From positions 1 to 64,000 of IMG/VR virus record IMGVR_UViG_3300024999_000030: a stretch of 64,000 bases of DNA, one strand, 5' to 3'. Below the pieces are notes generated by a model. It saw only the letters and a program-made list of their open reading frames with translations. It made no database searches and had not been told where the DNA came from. Position numbers and translations under genes: made by a program. Positions 53,231 through 62,772 of the stretch are shown here, piece by piece. Numbering within the stretch: the stretch's first letter is position 1; every line of letters starts with the position of its first letter.

Positions 53231-56200
53231 ATGTCTAATAATATTCCTGGTATCGTTGGGTATGTCCAACCTAACGCTTTCAGCCGTTTAATTTTTACGG
53301 CATCTGGTGTTGGAAATCCAGGAGGCGTACGAAACGTTGCTATCATTGGGCTTGGACAGCGCGAAGAGTATTTAGTCTATCGTGCGTCTGGCAATGGAAC
53401 TGATGGCATAAACGTAACGACTTCACTGGAAAATAACTACAATGCTTTGTCAATCGGCATTGGGGTAGAATCACCTAACGGTCTAGTCTACCAAACTTCT
53501 AAATTTCCTATTGTCACTAATCAATTTACGCTGTTTCAGAATGGCAGCGCTTTATTGCGTTCTCGCAGTACTGTGGTTAGCGACACCACTCCTGTATTTG
53601 AGAGTGGAACAAATTATGCAGTAGACTTTGAAACTGGTCAAGTTTTACTTGCCCCCGCTTCAGCTGTGGTTTCGACTAATCTCACGGACGGCTCTTTTGA
53701 GCATTTAGCGGTTCCCGCCAACGTTCCCTCTGAGGTATGGACATTAGCCGCAATCGCTCAACCTGAAACACGCGGTACTGTGTTTAGTGTTATCGGTTCG
53801 AAAAGTGGCCAGGTCTTCGGTGCTGAGACCTTTACCGAACAGAGAAATACCACTTATTCGGCTGGCCCAACGTTGGTTAATGGTGGTATATTCTACTACG
53901 ATAACAACGGCAATAGAAAAGCTGTTCCAGCCTCCTCTTATGTTACTTCTGAACCAGATATGTATTATGGTACAGTGGTTGTACCTCCTGCCACTGGAGC
54001 CGTGACACATGGCGGAAATATTATTCAGGACCCAACTAAAAATTTCCAAACCCTTGGTGTCCAGGTCGGACATTATATTGAATTTTTGGATAATGGTTGT
54101 CCTAATTTTGGACAATTTTATGAAATTTCTGCCGTTGGCGTTGACGAAGGTGGCGGCATGGATTATTCCAAGCTTCAGGTTTCTGGCTCCTCTTTGGTGA
54201 ATTACGGTTCTACCGCTTATTCAATTGTAACTTCTGGCGATGTTGGTCAAAATTATTACGCTCGCCCATTAACTATCTATGGTGCTAATAAACTATCTAC
54301 CTCTAGAAAACGTTATTTTGTTCGTGTTATCGGTTCATTACCTACTGATCTAACTGATCCAGACTATCCAAGGGTTTATCTTTCTCCTGGCCAAGCTCTT
54401 TATGCAACCTCCGATGACTATGCTTACAATCCCACCACACATGAATGGGGTGGAACTTGGTATGCTGGAGAAGATGGCACTGGATTAACCACCAATGAGG
54501 TTACCGGTAATATTCCCACTGCGGCCTATGGTCGGGCTGCATCGGTATCAGTTTATACTTCTGCTGGTGAAGATTCTGGTTTACTTGTAAACTTTGCAAT
54601 GCCAACAGGTATTGATGATTTTGATGATTTTACGGCATATTACGATGCATTGTATAACACTATTCCCACTTCTTCTGCAACTGACACTGCCACCACAGCG
54701 GATGGGTCTATCGTAGAGACTCCAGATTCTATCATTAAAACTTTTACTATTTCCCCTCTTGGTGGCTGGGGTACGGACCAGGGTTATATTCAGGGTTCTT
54801 TAACTGTCACAGTAAATGGTGTTGAAGTAGATATCGTCGAACCCGATCCTCCGTTTGCCCAATTCATAAATCAAACATTTACCTTAGCTGTTGCTCCATT
54901 GGTTGGAGATGTTGTTGTCGCTACCTATATCGTTGGAGATCTTGGTGTTGCTCGCCAAGTTGGTTTTAGACTTGGGGATGTTTGGATGATCGAGGCTGAC
55001 GGTAAATATGATAATGGTAAGATTTCATTCTCCCTCCTATCTGGTGAAAATCCATTTAGCGTTGGAGATGTTCTTTCTGTGACCGTAACGTCTGCAGCTT
55101 TAAGCACGGGAGACACGTTAGTTGCGGCTTATGTTTGTGAGTCGGATTTGAATGATCCAGAAGAATTTTTTGATCCGGTTTCACTGTATAAGAAACATGG
55201 ATATCCGAGCACAACCAACACTTTGGCTTTAGGCGCTCAGCTTTCATTTGCTAATGGTGCTAAATCTGTAGTGGCTTTACAAGCTAAACCAACTTCTCCG
55301 CTTCGTACCGCTGAAGACCTTTTAGCTTCTCGGGCTTCTGAATTATTTGTGGGCAATGGTGGTGTATATTACACTGCCCACACTCACGGTGGACAAAATC
55401 TTGGGAGTGACGATCAGGATCAGGGCGCTAATCGCTCTCACACGCTTATGCACGCTGGTGATTATGCTGATGCGATGACCACTTTACATCGTCATAATGA
55501 TGGTACTACTTATATTAATCCAAGCAAAGATAGCAATGCGCTTTATCTATTTTTGAGGGAAACTCCGTATCAGGACGAAATGCATTTCTTTATCACAACT
55601 GCGGCTTCTATCGTCCCTCGCCAAATTTTCCTCAATAAAGTTCCGCGCACGTTGGTAACGGATGTCATCTCCATGCCATGCTCTCGTAGTTTTGGTACTG
55701 AATGCAATACAGAAGCTGTAACAGCTAACCCATACTTTCTTGATTCCACTAGTATTTATTATTTGACCGTATTCCCAACCGGAAACACTTGGGATGTATA
55801 TGGGGACCCGTCAATGACAGCGGCGTTCACTTATCCTGACTCGATAAGAAATACTTATTCTAATGATGGTCTATTCCCTATTCCTGACGCGACTGCATAC
55901 GATTGGTCTACTAATTTAACATCTAAGAAACCTTGTGGTGGACTTTTCCGTTTACGCAATGGATATGACATCAATGGAACAGGTACTACAACCACAACGG
56001 TTGATGGCCTTCCTTTGTCTGCATATACCGACGCTGAATTAGCTTTTAGAGCTACTTGTTCTGATAGTTATGATGCTGTTCTTGGTACTTTCCTCAAGTT
56101 GCGCTATAACGGTGGCTCTTTGGATCCTAATGATCTTAACATTGAAGACGCTAAACTTTATATGCGCACTCAGCGAACAGACATGAGCTACATGGTTTGG

Positions 56201-57235
56201 ACATCTGGCGAAATCATCTTGTCTGACCGCGCCGGTCTCACGGCTGGTGAGGGTATTTCAGTTTCCTTTATCGCAGTTGATGATGCTCCATTTGTTGATG
56301 CGGAATGGGCTGAAGCAGCAGCAATATTAGAAGCTGCTGACGCTTATTGGATTGTTCCATTGCCGACTGATCACATTTCTGCGGTACAGCAAACATTTAG
56401 GGCTCACGTAGAAGTGATGTCTGATACGCCGAATAAAAAAGAGCGTCAATTAATCACGGGCGCTTTTTATGGAACCACAGATGCTGGAGTTGAAATTCCT
56501 CTTCTTCCTCAGAATTTATATTCTGGTTCAACTAACCAACTTGCCATTGAAGATGTTGGAGTTCTTGAGGGTATTCAGTCTGGTGCTCTTGGAGAAGATG
56601 TAGCCAACTATGGTGTTCCTGAAAACTTTGGTAGATCTTATAGGACTATGTACTTCTATCCCGATAAGATTGTTGTGGATATCGCTGGAGTAAATTATAA
56701 TATGCCGGGCTTTTACATGGCCGCAGCAGCCGCTGGTTTCTTATCTTCTCGCGGATATATTGCTGAGCCACTCACTTGGAAGCACCTTATCGGCTTTAAT
56801 ATTCCACGCGACCGTAACCTTTTAGTAACGAATTCAACAATTGCCAATAGACTTGGTGCAGCCGGTGTAGTGGTTGTACAAGGTCTTGCTGCTGGTGGTA
56901 AGGTTCTACACGCTAAGACCACTATCCAGGGCGGTTCGGCCTTCCAGGAAGAGCCTACGGCTATCGATGTTGCGGACTTGATTGCTAAAGAAGTCCGTGA
57001 TGACCTTGGTAATAGATTTATCGGAAAAGCACAAACGACAGAATTACCACATGAAATTCTTCGTACCGTAAAATCTAATCTTCAGGGTGCAATGTTCCGT
57101 AAGTTGATTAGTAATTTTGATTCAATTCAGGTAACGCAGGATTCCGTGGAACCTCGTCAGTTTAACATTAGTTTCCAGATTGCTCCAGTTTTACCGCTAC
57201 TCTGGATCTACTGCGAAGTGACAGTCGGAATATAG
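53231..57235 (+). CDS. Contractile tail sheath protein with large insertion domains (1334 aa)
   Basis: Sheath-type C-terminus (H...MS.....ER, AAAAAG.LS, L..AGV, I.VAD.IA..VR..L...FIG, QD..EP.Q.NI.F...PV.PL). Confidence 0.88.
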   Translation: MSNNIPGIVGYVQPNAFSRLIFTASGVGNPGGVRNVAIIGLGQREEYLVYRASGNGTDGINVTTSLENNYNALSIGIGVESPNGLVYQTSKFPIVTNQFTLFQNGSALLRSRSTVVSDTTPVFESGTNYAVDFETGQVLLAPASAVVSTNLTDGSFEHLAVPANVPSEVWTLAAIAQPETRGTVFSVIGSKSGQVFGAETFTEQRNTTYSAGPTLVNGGIFYYDNNGNRKAVPASSYVTSEPDMYYGTVVVPPATGAVTHGGNIIQDPTKNFQTLGVQVGHYIEFLDNGCPNFGQFYEISAVGVDEGGGMDYSKLQVSGSSLVNYGSTAYSIVTSGDVGQNYYARPLTIYGANKLSTSRKRYFVRVIGSLPTDLTDPDYPRVYLSPGQALYATSDDYAYNPTTHEWGGTWYAGEDGTGLTTNEVTGNIPTAAYGRAASVSVYTSAGEDSGLLVNFAMPTGIDDFDDFTAYYDALYNTIPTSSATDTATTADGSIVETPDSIIKTFTISPLGGWGTDQGYIQGSLTVTVNGVEVDIVEPDPPFAQFINQTFTLAVAPLVGDVVVATYIVGDLGVARQVGFRLGDVWMIEADGKYDNGKISFSLLSGENPFSVGDVLSVTVTSAALSTGDTLVAAYVCESDLNDPEEFFDPVSLYKKHGYPSTTNTLALGAQLSFANGAKSVVALQAKPTSPLRTAEDLLASRASELFVGNGGVYYTAHTHGGQNLGSDDQDQGANRSHTLMHAGDYADAMTTLHRHNDGTTYINPSKDSNALYLFLRETPYQDEMHFFITTAASIVPRQIFLNKVPRTLVTDVISMPCSRSFGTECNTEAVTANPYFLDSTSIYYLTVFPTGNTWDVYGDPSMTAAFTYPDSIRNTYSNDGLFPIPDATAYDWSTNLTSKKPCGGLFRLRNGYDINGTGTTTTTVDGLPLSAYTDAELAFRATCSDSYDAVLGTFLKLRYNGGSLDPNDLNIEDAKLYMRTQRTDMSYMVWTSGEIILSDRAGLTAGEGISVSFIAVDDAPFVDAEWAEAAAILEAADAYWIVPLPTDHISAVQQTFRAHVEVMSDTPNKKERQLITGAFYGTTDAGVEIPLLPQNLYSGSTNQLAIEDVGVLEGIQSGALGEDVANYGVPENFGRSYRTMYFYPDKIVVDIAGVNYNMPGFYMAAAAAGFLSSRGYIAEPLTWKHLIGFNIPRDRNLLVTNSTIANRLGAAGVVVVQGLAAGGKVLHAKTTIQGGSAFQEEPTAIDVADLIAKEVRDDLGNRFIGKAQTTELPHEILRTVKSNLQGAMFRKLISNFDSIQVTQDSVEPRQFNISFQIAPVLPLLWIYCEVTVGI

Positions 57236-57243
57236 TGTAAATT

Positions 57244-57282
57244 TCTCGGGTCAGCATTTATTGTGCTGGCCTGAGATTTTTT
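57244..57282 (+). terminator. Terminator after the sheath gene
   Basis: TCTCGGGTCAGCA/TGCTGGCCTGAGA plus T-tract. Confidence 0.75.
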
Positions 57283-57300
57283 CTTTATGGATAAGCTAAT

Positions 57301-57798
57301 ATGCAAAGCGGCGTTTATCTAATTCGTAATATTATCAATGGTAAAATATATATTGGAAGCTCTGTAAACATTTATAATCGGTGGAAGCAGCATAAAAGAG
57401 ATTTAATTAAAAAAGTGCATAAGAATACTCATCTGCAGACCGCATGGGAGAAGTTACGGGGAAAAATTATGTCAGGAGAGACTAAAGCTAAAATTTCGGC
57501 AGCTCTACGGGGTAGGACGCCCTCCGCGAAGGCCAGGGAGAATATGTCTTTAGCTCAACGTGGTAATAAAAATAAACTTGGTAAACATATTTCTGAGGAA
57601 GCAAAAGTAAAAATATCTCTTGCTCAACGTGGGAAGTCTGTATCTCAAGAGTCTAGAGCCAAAATGTCATTGGCTTTACGCGGCAACAAACATTTGCTAG
57701 GACATCGACACACAGAAGTAGCTAAAATGAAAATGTCATTATCTCGCAAAAAATATTTAGAGTCTCGACGGAACAGAATAGCAAAAAAATTCAACTAA
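57301..57798 (+). CDS. Internally deleted GIY-YIG endonuclease with NUMOD3-like repeats
   Basis: GVYLIRN..NGKIYIGSS then a jump from AWEK to repeated S.E.K.K.S.A.RG units; catalytic Glu helix absent. Confidence 0.7.
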   Translation: MQSGVYLIRNIINGKIYIGSSVNIYNRWKQHKRDLIKKVHKNTHLQTAWEKLRGKIMSGETKAKISAALRGRTPSAKARENMSLAQRGNKNKLGKHISEEAKVKISLAQRGKSVSQESRAKMSLALRGNKHLLGHRHTEVAKMKMSLSRKKYLESRRNRIAKKFN

Positions 57799-57807
57799 AG
57801 AATAAAA

Positions 57808-58527
57808 ATGACTGATCAAAACTTTGGCGAAGCCTACCCCATTACTGGGTCCACCATAACTCGCAGGATTACTGCGGGTTTGTCTACACATATAATTGTA
57901 TATGTGGAAACCGACTCTGGTTGGGAAGCAGTCGGTGCCATTCAAAATTTAACGGCCACAGAAACAAATGCCCTAAAGAGAATTGGGGAAACAAGAACTG
58001 GTCGGACTATAGAATTAATCCCACAAGGCCAAGATGTAGTAACGCTACAAGTTACTAGATTAGTATTTGACAATTTAAGACTTACTCATGCTTTAGGGGC
58101 CGGCTTTTCTCATATCAGAGCCCAAAGAATTCCATTTGATATTGTGGTATTTGACAGAACACACGATGAGGCAGCTAATGCCTTTAGGGGCCCATCTGCT
58201 CCAAAACCATATATAGTTATATATAAAAATTGTTGGCTTGGAAATCATACCACCACATATAATTCTAATTCATATATAATTACTGAATCGGCCACCTTAG
58301 AGGCTGAAGGTGTTGCGGATGAACATCCTATAATTCAAGCTTTAAACGAGCGTGGTATGAATACGAGACAAGATCAAATTGAAAGTGAATATGATATAAT
58401 GGTAGACAACAGAGGATCAATTAGGCCCCCAGGTCCTCCATCTCAAGCCGATATGGACGCTAATAAAATTAAAAATGCTCCATATCCAAAGACTGGTATG
58501 GGAGTACCTTTTCCAGGTGTTCAATAA
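57808..58527 (+). CDS. Tail tube protein, paralog 1
   Basis: After the sheath; VGAIQ.L...E...L.R..E......IEL.P, QRIPFDI.VFDR. Confidence 0.75.
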   Translation: MTDQNFGEAYPITGSTITRRITAGLSTHIIVYVETDSGWEAVGAIQNLTATETNALKRIGETRTGRTIELIPQGQDVVTLQVTRLVFDNLRLTHALGAGFSHIRAQRIPFDIVVFDRTHDEAANAFRGPSAPKPYIVIYKNCWLGNHTTTYNSNSYIITESATLEAEGVADEHPIIQALNERGMNTRQDQIESEYDIMVDNRGSIRPPGPPSQADMDANKIKNAPYPKTGMGVPFPGVQ

Positions 58528-58593
58528 ATATGTTAGTGCCCTATTAATATTTGTAGTTTAATTTGGAACAATAGTGTTTCTTAGGAGGAAGTA

Positions 58594-59313
58594 ATGGCCA
58601 GCAATGTAAATACCGACTATCCTTCTACTGGCTCTAATCTTGATCGTAGAATTCGTACGGGTTTATCCCCACTTATTCTAGTAAAAGTCAACGGTGAAGC
58701 AGTAGGGGCGATTCAGTCTTTAAATCCAACAGAGTCTAGAACTCTGGCTCGTGTGCAAGAGCTAGGTACGGACGGCTTTATTGAGCTGGTTCCTAACTCT
58801 CCCACCACTGTAACTTTGCAGGTGACTCGTATTGTTTTTGATAACCTGCGCCTTCCACCCGCTTTTAGGCGTGGATTTGCTCATATTCAGGCTCAGCGTC
58901 TTCCATTTGATATTGACGTGTTTGATCGTTCTCATGGTACAGCTAGCCCGAACGTTAATATGCAAGTAACCTCATATCGTAATTGTTACTTCTCTAACTA
59001 TTCAGCTACATATCAGGCTAATAACTATCAGATTAGTGAAACGGCCACAATTGAAGCTCAGTATGCTGAAGACTTGCTACCCGTTACCACCGCTTATAAT
59101 GAACGTGGTCTTGCACCGGATATGCATCCCATTGAAAATCTTGCAAACTTAGGTATTAGAATCGGCGCCCTCGATTTCCCAGATTTAATTGATGAGTTCT
59201 GGATTGGTGGCGCTACTCCAGAGGAAGCTCCACCGCCACGTATTTTAGTTACTTATAGTACCCAACCTCAACGCACCGTTGCGTATCTACATGGACGCAA
59301 TTCCCTCGGCTAA
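58594..59313 (+). CDS. Tail tube protein, paralog 2
   Basis: Same motifs and same length (239 aa); AGGAGG RBS; CTATTAAT at 58541. Confidence 0.8.
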   Translation: MASNVNTDYPSTGSNLDRRIRTGLSPLILVKVNGEAVGAIQSLNPTESRTLARVQELGTDGFIELVPNSPTTVTLQVTRIVFDNLRLPPAFRRGFAHIQAQRLPFDIDVFDRSHGTASPNVNMQVTSYRNCYFSNYSATYQANNYQISETATIEAQYAEDLLPVTTAYNERGLAPDMHPIENLANLGIRIGALDFPDLIDEFWIGGATPEEAPPPRILVTYSTQPQRTVAYLHGRNSLG

Positions 59314-59321
59314 ATTTCTTA

Positions 59322-59358
59322 ATGGCTGGCGTCCCTAAAAAAGACGCCAGCCATATTT
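59322..59358 (+). terminator. Terminator after tube 2
   Basis: ATGGCTGGCGTC/GACGCCAGCCAT plus ATTT. Confidence 0.65.
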
Positions 59359-59386
59359 CTAAAATTAAAAATTAAAGGAGAGATAG

Positions 59387-59899
59387 ATGAGTGATCTTAA
59401 AAATCCCATTCCAGATGAAATTTTACATGGACGGAGAGAGGACATCCCTAGGGTTACCGCTGCCAATACGGCCCCCACCACTCTGACCATTAATACCGGT
59501 AATTCAGTAAACACTATTGAAGATTTGCTTATGCTTGGATATCTGTCTAAAGCAGTTACAATTGGAAATTTTGTTTTTAAATTAAAAACATTAACCAATG
59601 AAGAAAAAGTTTCTGCATATACTTCCATTCCGAAGTTAGCTGAAAATACAGTAGAAACGGCATCTAAACTTCGAGATGTTTTGCTTGCAAGAGCTATTTC
59701 AAGTGTTAACGGTTCACCGTTGGAATATTATTATGCGGGCACCGTTACGAATCTTGCTGTTCATGATCAGCGTTTAGAGGTTATTAATAAGCTCTCTACA
59801 CCAGTTTTAGATAAGCTTTTTTCTTTGTATTCCAGCCTTGAGGATGAGGCCGCGAAAGTCGTTGAAAATGTAAAATTTGATGACGTAAAAAACTCCTAA
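59387..59899 (+). CDS. Tail assembly chaperone (G)
   Basis: Between tube and tape measure; ends at a slippery site. Confidence 0.75.
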   Translation: MSDLKNPIPDEILHGRREDIPRVTAANTAPTTLTINTGNSVNTIEDLLMLGYLSKAVTIGNFVFKLKTLTNEEKVSAYTSIPKLAENTVETASKLRDVLLARAISSVNGSPLEYYYAGTVTNLAVHDQRLEVINKLSTPVLDKLFSLYSSLEDEAAKVVENVKFDDVKNS

Positions 59900-60312
59900 A
59901 GGAGTCGGGGCAGCGACTCCTTTGGAAGATTTGTAAATCTCTCGGTAAAACAATCGACGATCCAGTTATTAAAAACATGACCCGTTTGCAATTTTTTTGG
60001 TATGCTGCCAACGTTAACGCAGATGACGAAGATACACTGGAATATGATCGCAATATAACAGAATATTTAGCTGCTTTGTCTAGCAATGAGGGAGCTGAGA
60101 GAGTTAAAAGCACTCAAGATTCCAGAGAAAATAAGATAGGAGAACATAGTTCAGCCCAAGATAATAGTTTTGATGATACGGTGCAGGGCCTTTTTGGTAG
60201 GTCCGCCGGACCAGATGGAGCAAGCCCCCCAGTTATTTCAAAAAATCCTCGGGGCTTATCTCCTAAGGACCTAGATGACATACGAATTATTAAAAAGGGC
60301 TCCCACAAATAA
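59387..60312 (+). CDS. Tail assembly chaperone GT via -1 frameshift at A-AAA-AAC (59887-59893)
   Basis: -1 frame open from the slip site through ORF 59977-60312; 10 bp hairpin at 59898-59923. Confidence 0.8.
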
Positions 60313-60372
60313 GGGAGCCCTTTTGGTATTAATATTTATTAATGTTTTAGATTCTTCTCTAGGTGAAATCTC

Positions 60373-62772
60373 ATGGCAGATGAAGTTACTGTAGATAGTA
60401 AAACTGGCGCAGATATAATATCTGCAGTTACCGCCCAACGTAAACTAGCAGAAGCTTCCGGTCAGGTAGCTGAAAATATTGCTCAATCTTTTGAACAAGT
60501 TACCGAAGTTTTTCAAAAAACCAATAAAGCTGTTTCAGAGTTGGGCGGTACTTTTACTAAATTATTTGGTGATATTAATTCTGTTAACGACATCCCGTTA
60601 ATAGGCACTATTGAAGATATTGCTATGTCAGTAGATAAACGTATTGGCGTAGCAGTAAAAGCTCTTTTAATAGCAGCTGAAACTATGAATAAAATAGATA
60701 GTGCTTTTGTGGATCTTAAACGTAGTAGTGTTATAACTGGCGCTGCATTTGGTCAATCATCCATGGAAGTGGAAAGATATGCCAAGAGCCAAATGGCTAC
60801 GCTGGGAAGATTAAGTCAAACGTTATCAGTTCACACTGAAGAATTTAATAAATATCAAGAAGTATTACGTAAAACAGCTTTTTCTTATAGAGATATGGAT
60901 ACTATGATTCAAGCTTGGGGACCAAAGAAAGCAATAGTTGACCATATGTTTGCAATGAGCAAAGGTTTGGGTATGGAATTTTCTACTGTTCTAAAGGATT
61001 TTGAAGATCTAACGTTACGAGCTGGTCATGCAACAGGAGATTTTGCAAAAAATGCCACAACAACCGCTCAAATTTATAGAGGATTTTCTTATTCAGCTAA
61101 TAGATTAGGAATAACCGTTCCATATCTTCGTGAAGAAATTATGAAATCTGTGTCCGGTCATTGGGCTTCTATTACTAATATTGAAAATAGAGCTATGGAT
61201 TTAAGATTGAATTATGAAAAATTTTATATGGGCCTACAGCAACGAGGTCAAGAAGGATTAGCTGGAGACTTTTTAGCAAAAGTGCAAACCGGCTTGACTG
61301 GCCTTAGCTCTGGAAACGCTGCGTGGTTATTGGGAGCATCCGGTGGCGGCACAATGGCCGACGTTCAAACTTTCTTTGCTCAAATCAGAGAAGCTTCTGG
61401 TCAAGGTAAAATGGCCCCAGCTTTATTAAAAATCAAAACTAGTATGCAAAAGTATTTTGGTAGTTTCGAGTCTGTCCCAGAGTTAATAGCTCAGGGCGTA
61501 GCTAAAAACGACCCACGGTGGAACGCATCATTTGTAGTTCAATCTAAAATTCAAGAAATGTTTCATGTTAACGAAGGAGAGGCCCAAAATCTTATTCAAT
61601 TAGTGAATTCAGTTTTATCTGGTAAATTAACGGCTGAAGAAAAATTAAGTGCAGAAGAAAAAATAAAAAATGTTTTTGATCAAGGACAGGGAATAGCTCA
61701 GCAACAACTTACCACTTTACAAAATATAGCGATTAATGTTAAGGGTCTGTTTTTACATTGGGTATATGGTAAAAACGCTGAAGATTTATTAGAGAAAAAT
61801 TTAAAAACTACTGCAGAGACATTTGAAAAACAACATTTAGCAGATAAAGAAGCGAAACTTAAAAGGCCTCTATCTGCAGTTGAAAAACAAAATGCATTAT
61901 CAGAAGCCCGCAGCCTTTGGGTTTCCCTCAGAGAAATGGTTGCGGTGGGAGCCATAGAGCCAGATAGGGGTTCCATTGAAGATGCATTGGCGGAATTAAT
62001 GGGGAAGGGAACTGTTTCTTCTACTGTAACTGGCGCTAGAGGCGCAGCTCGGGTTGGTTCTGGTGGCTCACCTCCAGGCACTATTAGAGGTCAATATGGG
62101 GAAACGAGAATAGACAGTAGAGGTCGTAGATATTTACATAGTGGAATTGATATTTCCGGTAAAGAAGGAACAGTATTTCCTTCTCCTGTGACGGGGATAG
62201 CCACCTATCACCCAGAGGGTTTTCCTGGATATAAAAATATGGGAAATACGGTTAGCGTAATTACTGGTAACGAGGAGCATGTGTTTGGTCATTTATCTGG
62301 TATTCCCGATGGGTTTAAAAACGGTCCAGTAAACATTGGTGAACCAATTGGTCTAGTTGGAAGTACGGGCCGCTCTACGGGCCCGCATATTCATTACGAA
62401 GTGAGGAGTTTAGACTCTTCTAATCGTTCACGCACGGCTGGTGGCAGAATAGTTACTATCGAACCACCTCAAAATAATGTTTTATCATTACGCGCAGCGG
62501 TAAGTAATCTTCCACCTCGTATTTCGCCCACTGTGCCTAAGTTACCCTCTTCATTGCCAACTAGTGACGTCACTTCATCGTCCAAGTTAATCGCTAGCAA
62601 TGAAATGGCAACCAACACTAAAGCCCCTTCTTCGCAGATGGATTCAAATCAAAATGAACCCAAATCAAAGGGGCCCGTTAATAAAACTACAACTGTTAAT
62701 GCCGCTCTCATTCAAACCAAAAATGCTCCTCTTGAAAATGAATCTACTGGCGGAACCCCAGGAAGCAAATGA
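60373..62772 (+). CDS. Tape-measure-like protein 1 with C-terminal M23 peptidase
   Basis: Helical A/G/K-rich body; HSGID..., GHLS, GLVGSTGRSTGPHIHYEV. Confidence 0.82.
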   Translation: MADEVTVDSKTGADIISAVTAQRKLAEASGQVAENIAQSFEQVTEVFQKTNKAVSELGGTFTKLFGDINSVNDIPLIGTIEDIAMSVDKRIGVAVKALLIAAETMNKIDSAFVDLKRSSVITGAAFGQSSMEVERYAKSQMATLGRLSQTLSVHTEEFNKYQEVLRKTAFSYRDMDTMIQAWGPKKAIVDHMFAMSKGLGMEFSTVLKDFEDLTLRAGHATGDFAKNATTTAQIYRGFSYSANRLGITVPYLREEIMKSVSGHWASITNIENRAMDLRLNYEKFYMGLQQRGQEGLAGDFLAKVQTGLTGLSSGNAAWLLGASGGGTMADVQTFFAQIREASGQGKMAPALLKIKTSMQKYFGSFESVPELIAQGVAKNDPRWNASFVVQSKIQEMFHVNEGEAQNLIQLVNSVLSGKLTAEEKLSAEEKIKNVFDQGQGIAQQQLTTLQNIAINVKGLFLHWVYGKNAEDLLEKNLKTTAETFEKQHLADKEAKLKRPLSAVEKQNALSEARSLWVSLREMVAVGAIEPDRGSIEDALAELMGKGTVSSTVTGARGAARVGSGGSPPGTIRGQYGETRIDSRGRRYLHSGIDISGKEGTVFPSPVTGIATYHPEGFPGYKNMGNTVSVITGNEEHVFGHLSGIPDGFKNGPVNIGEPIGLVGSTGRSTGPHIHYEVRSLDSSNRSRTAGGRIVTIEPPQNNVLSLRAAVSNLPPRISPTVPKLPSSLPTSDVTSSSKLIASNEMATNTKAPSSQMDSNQNEPKSKGPVNKTTTVNAALIQTKNAPLENESTGGTPGSK

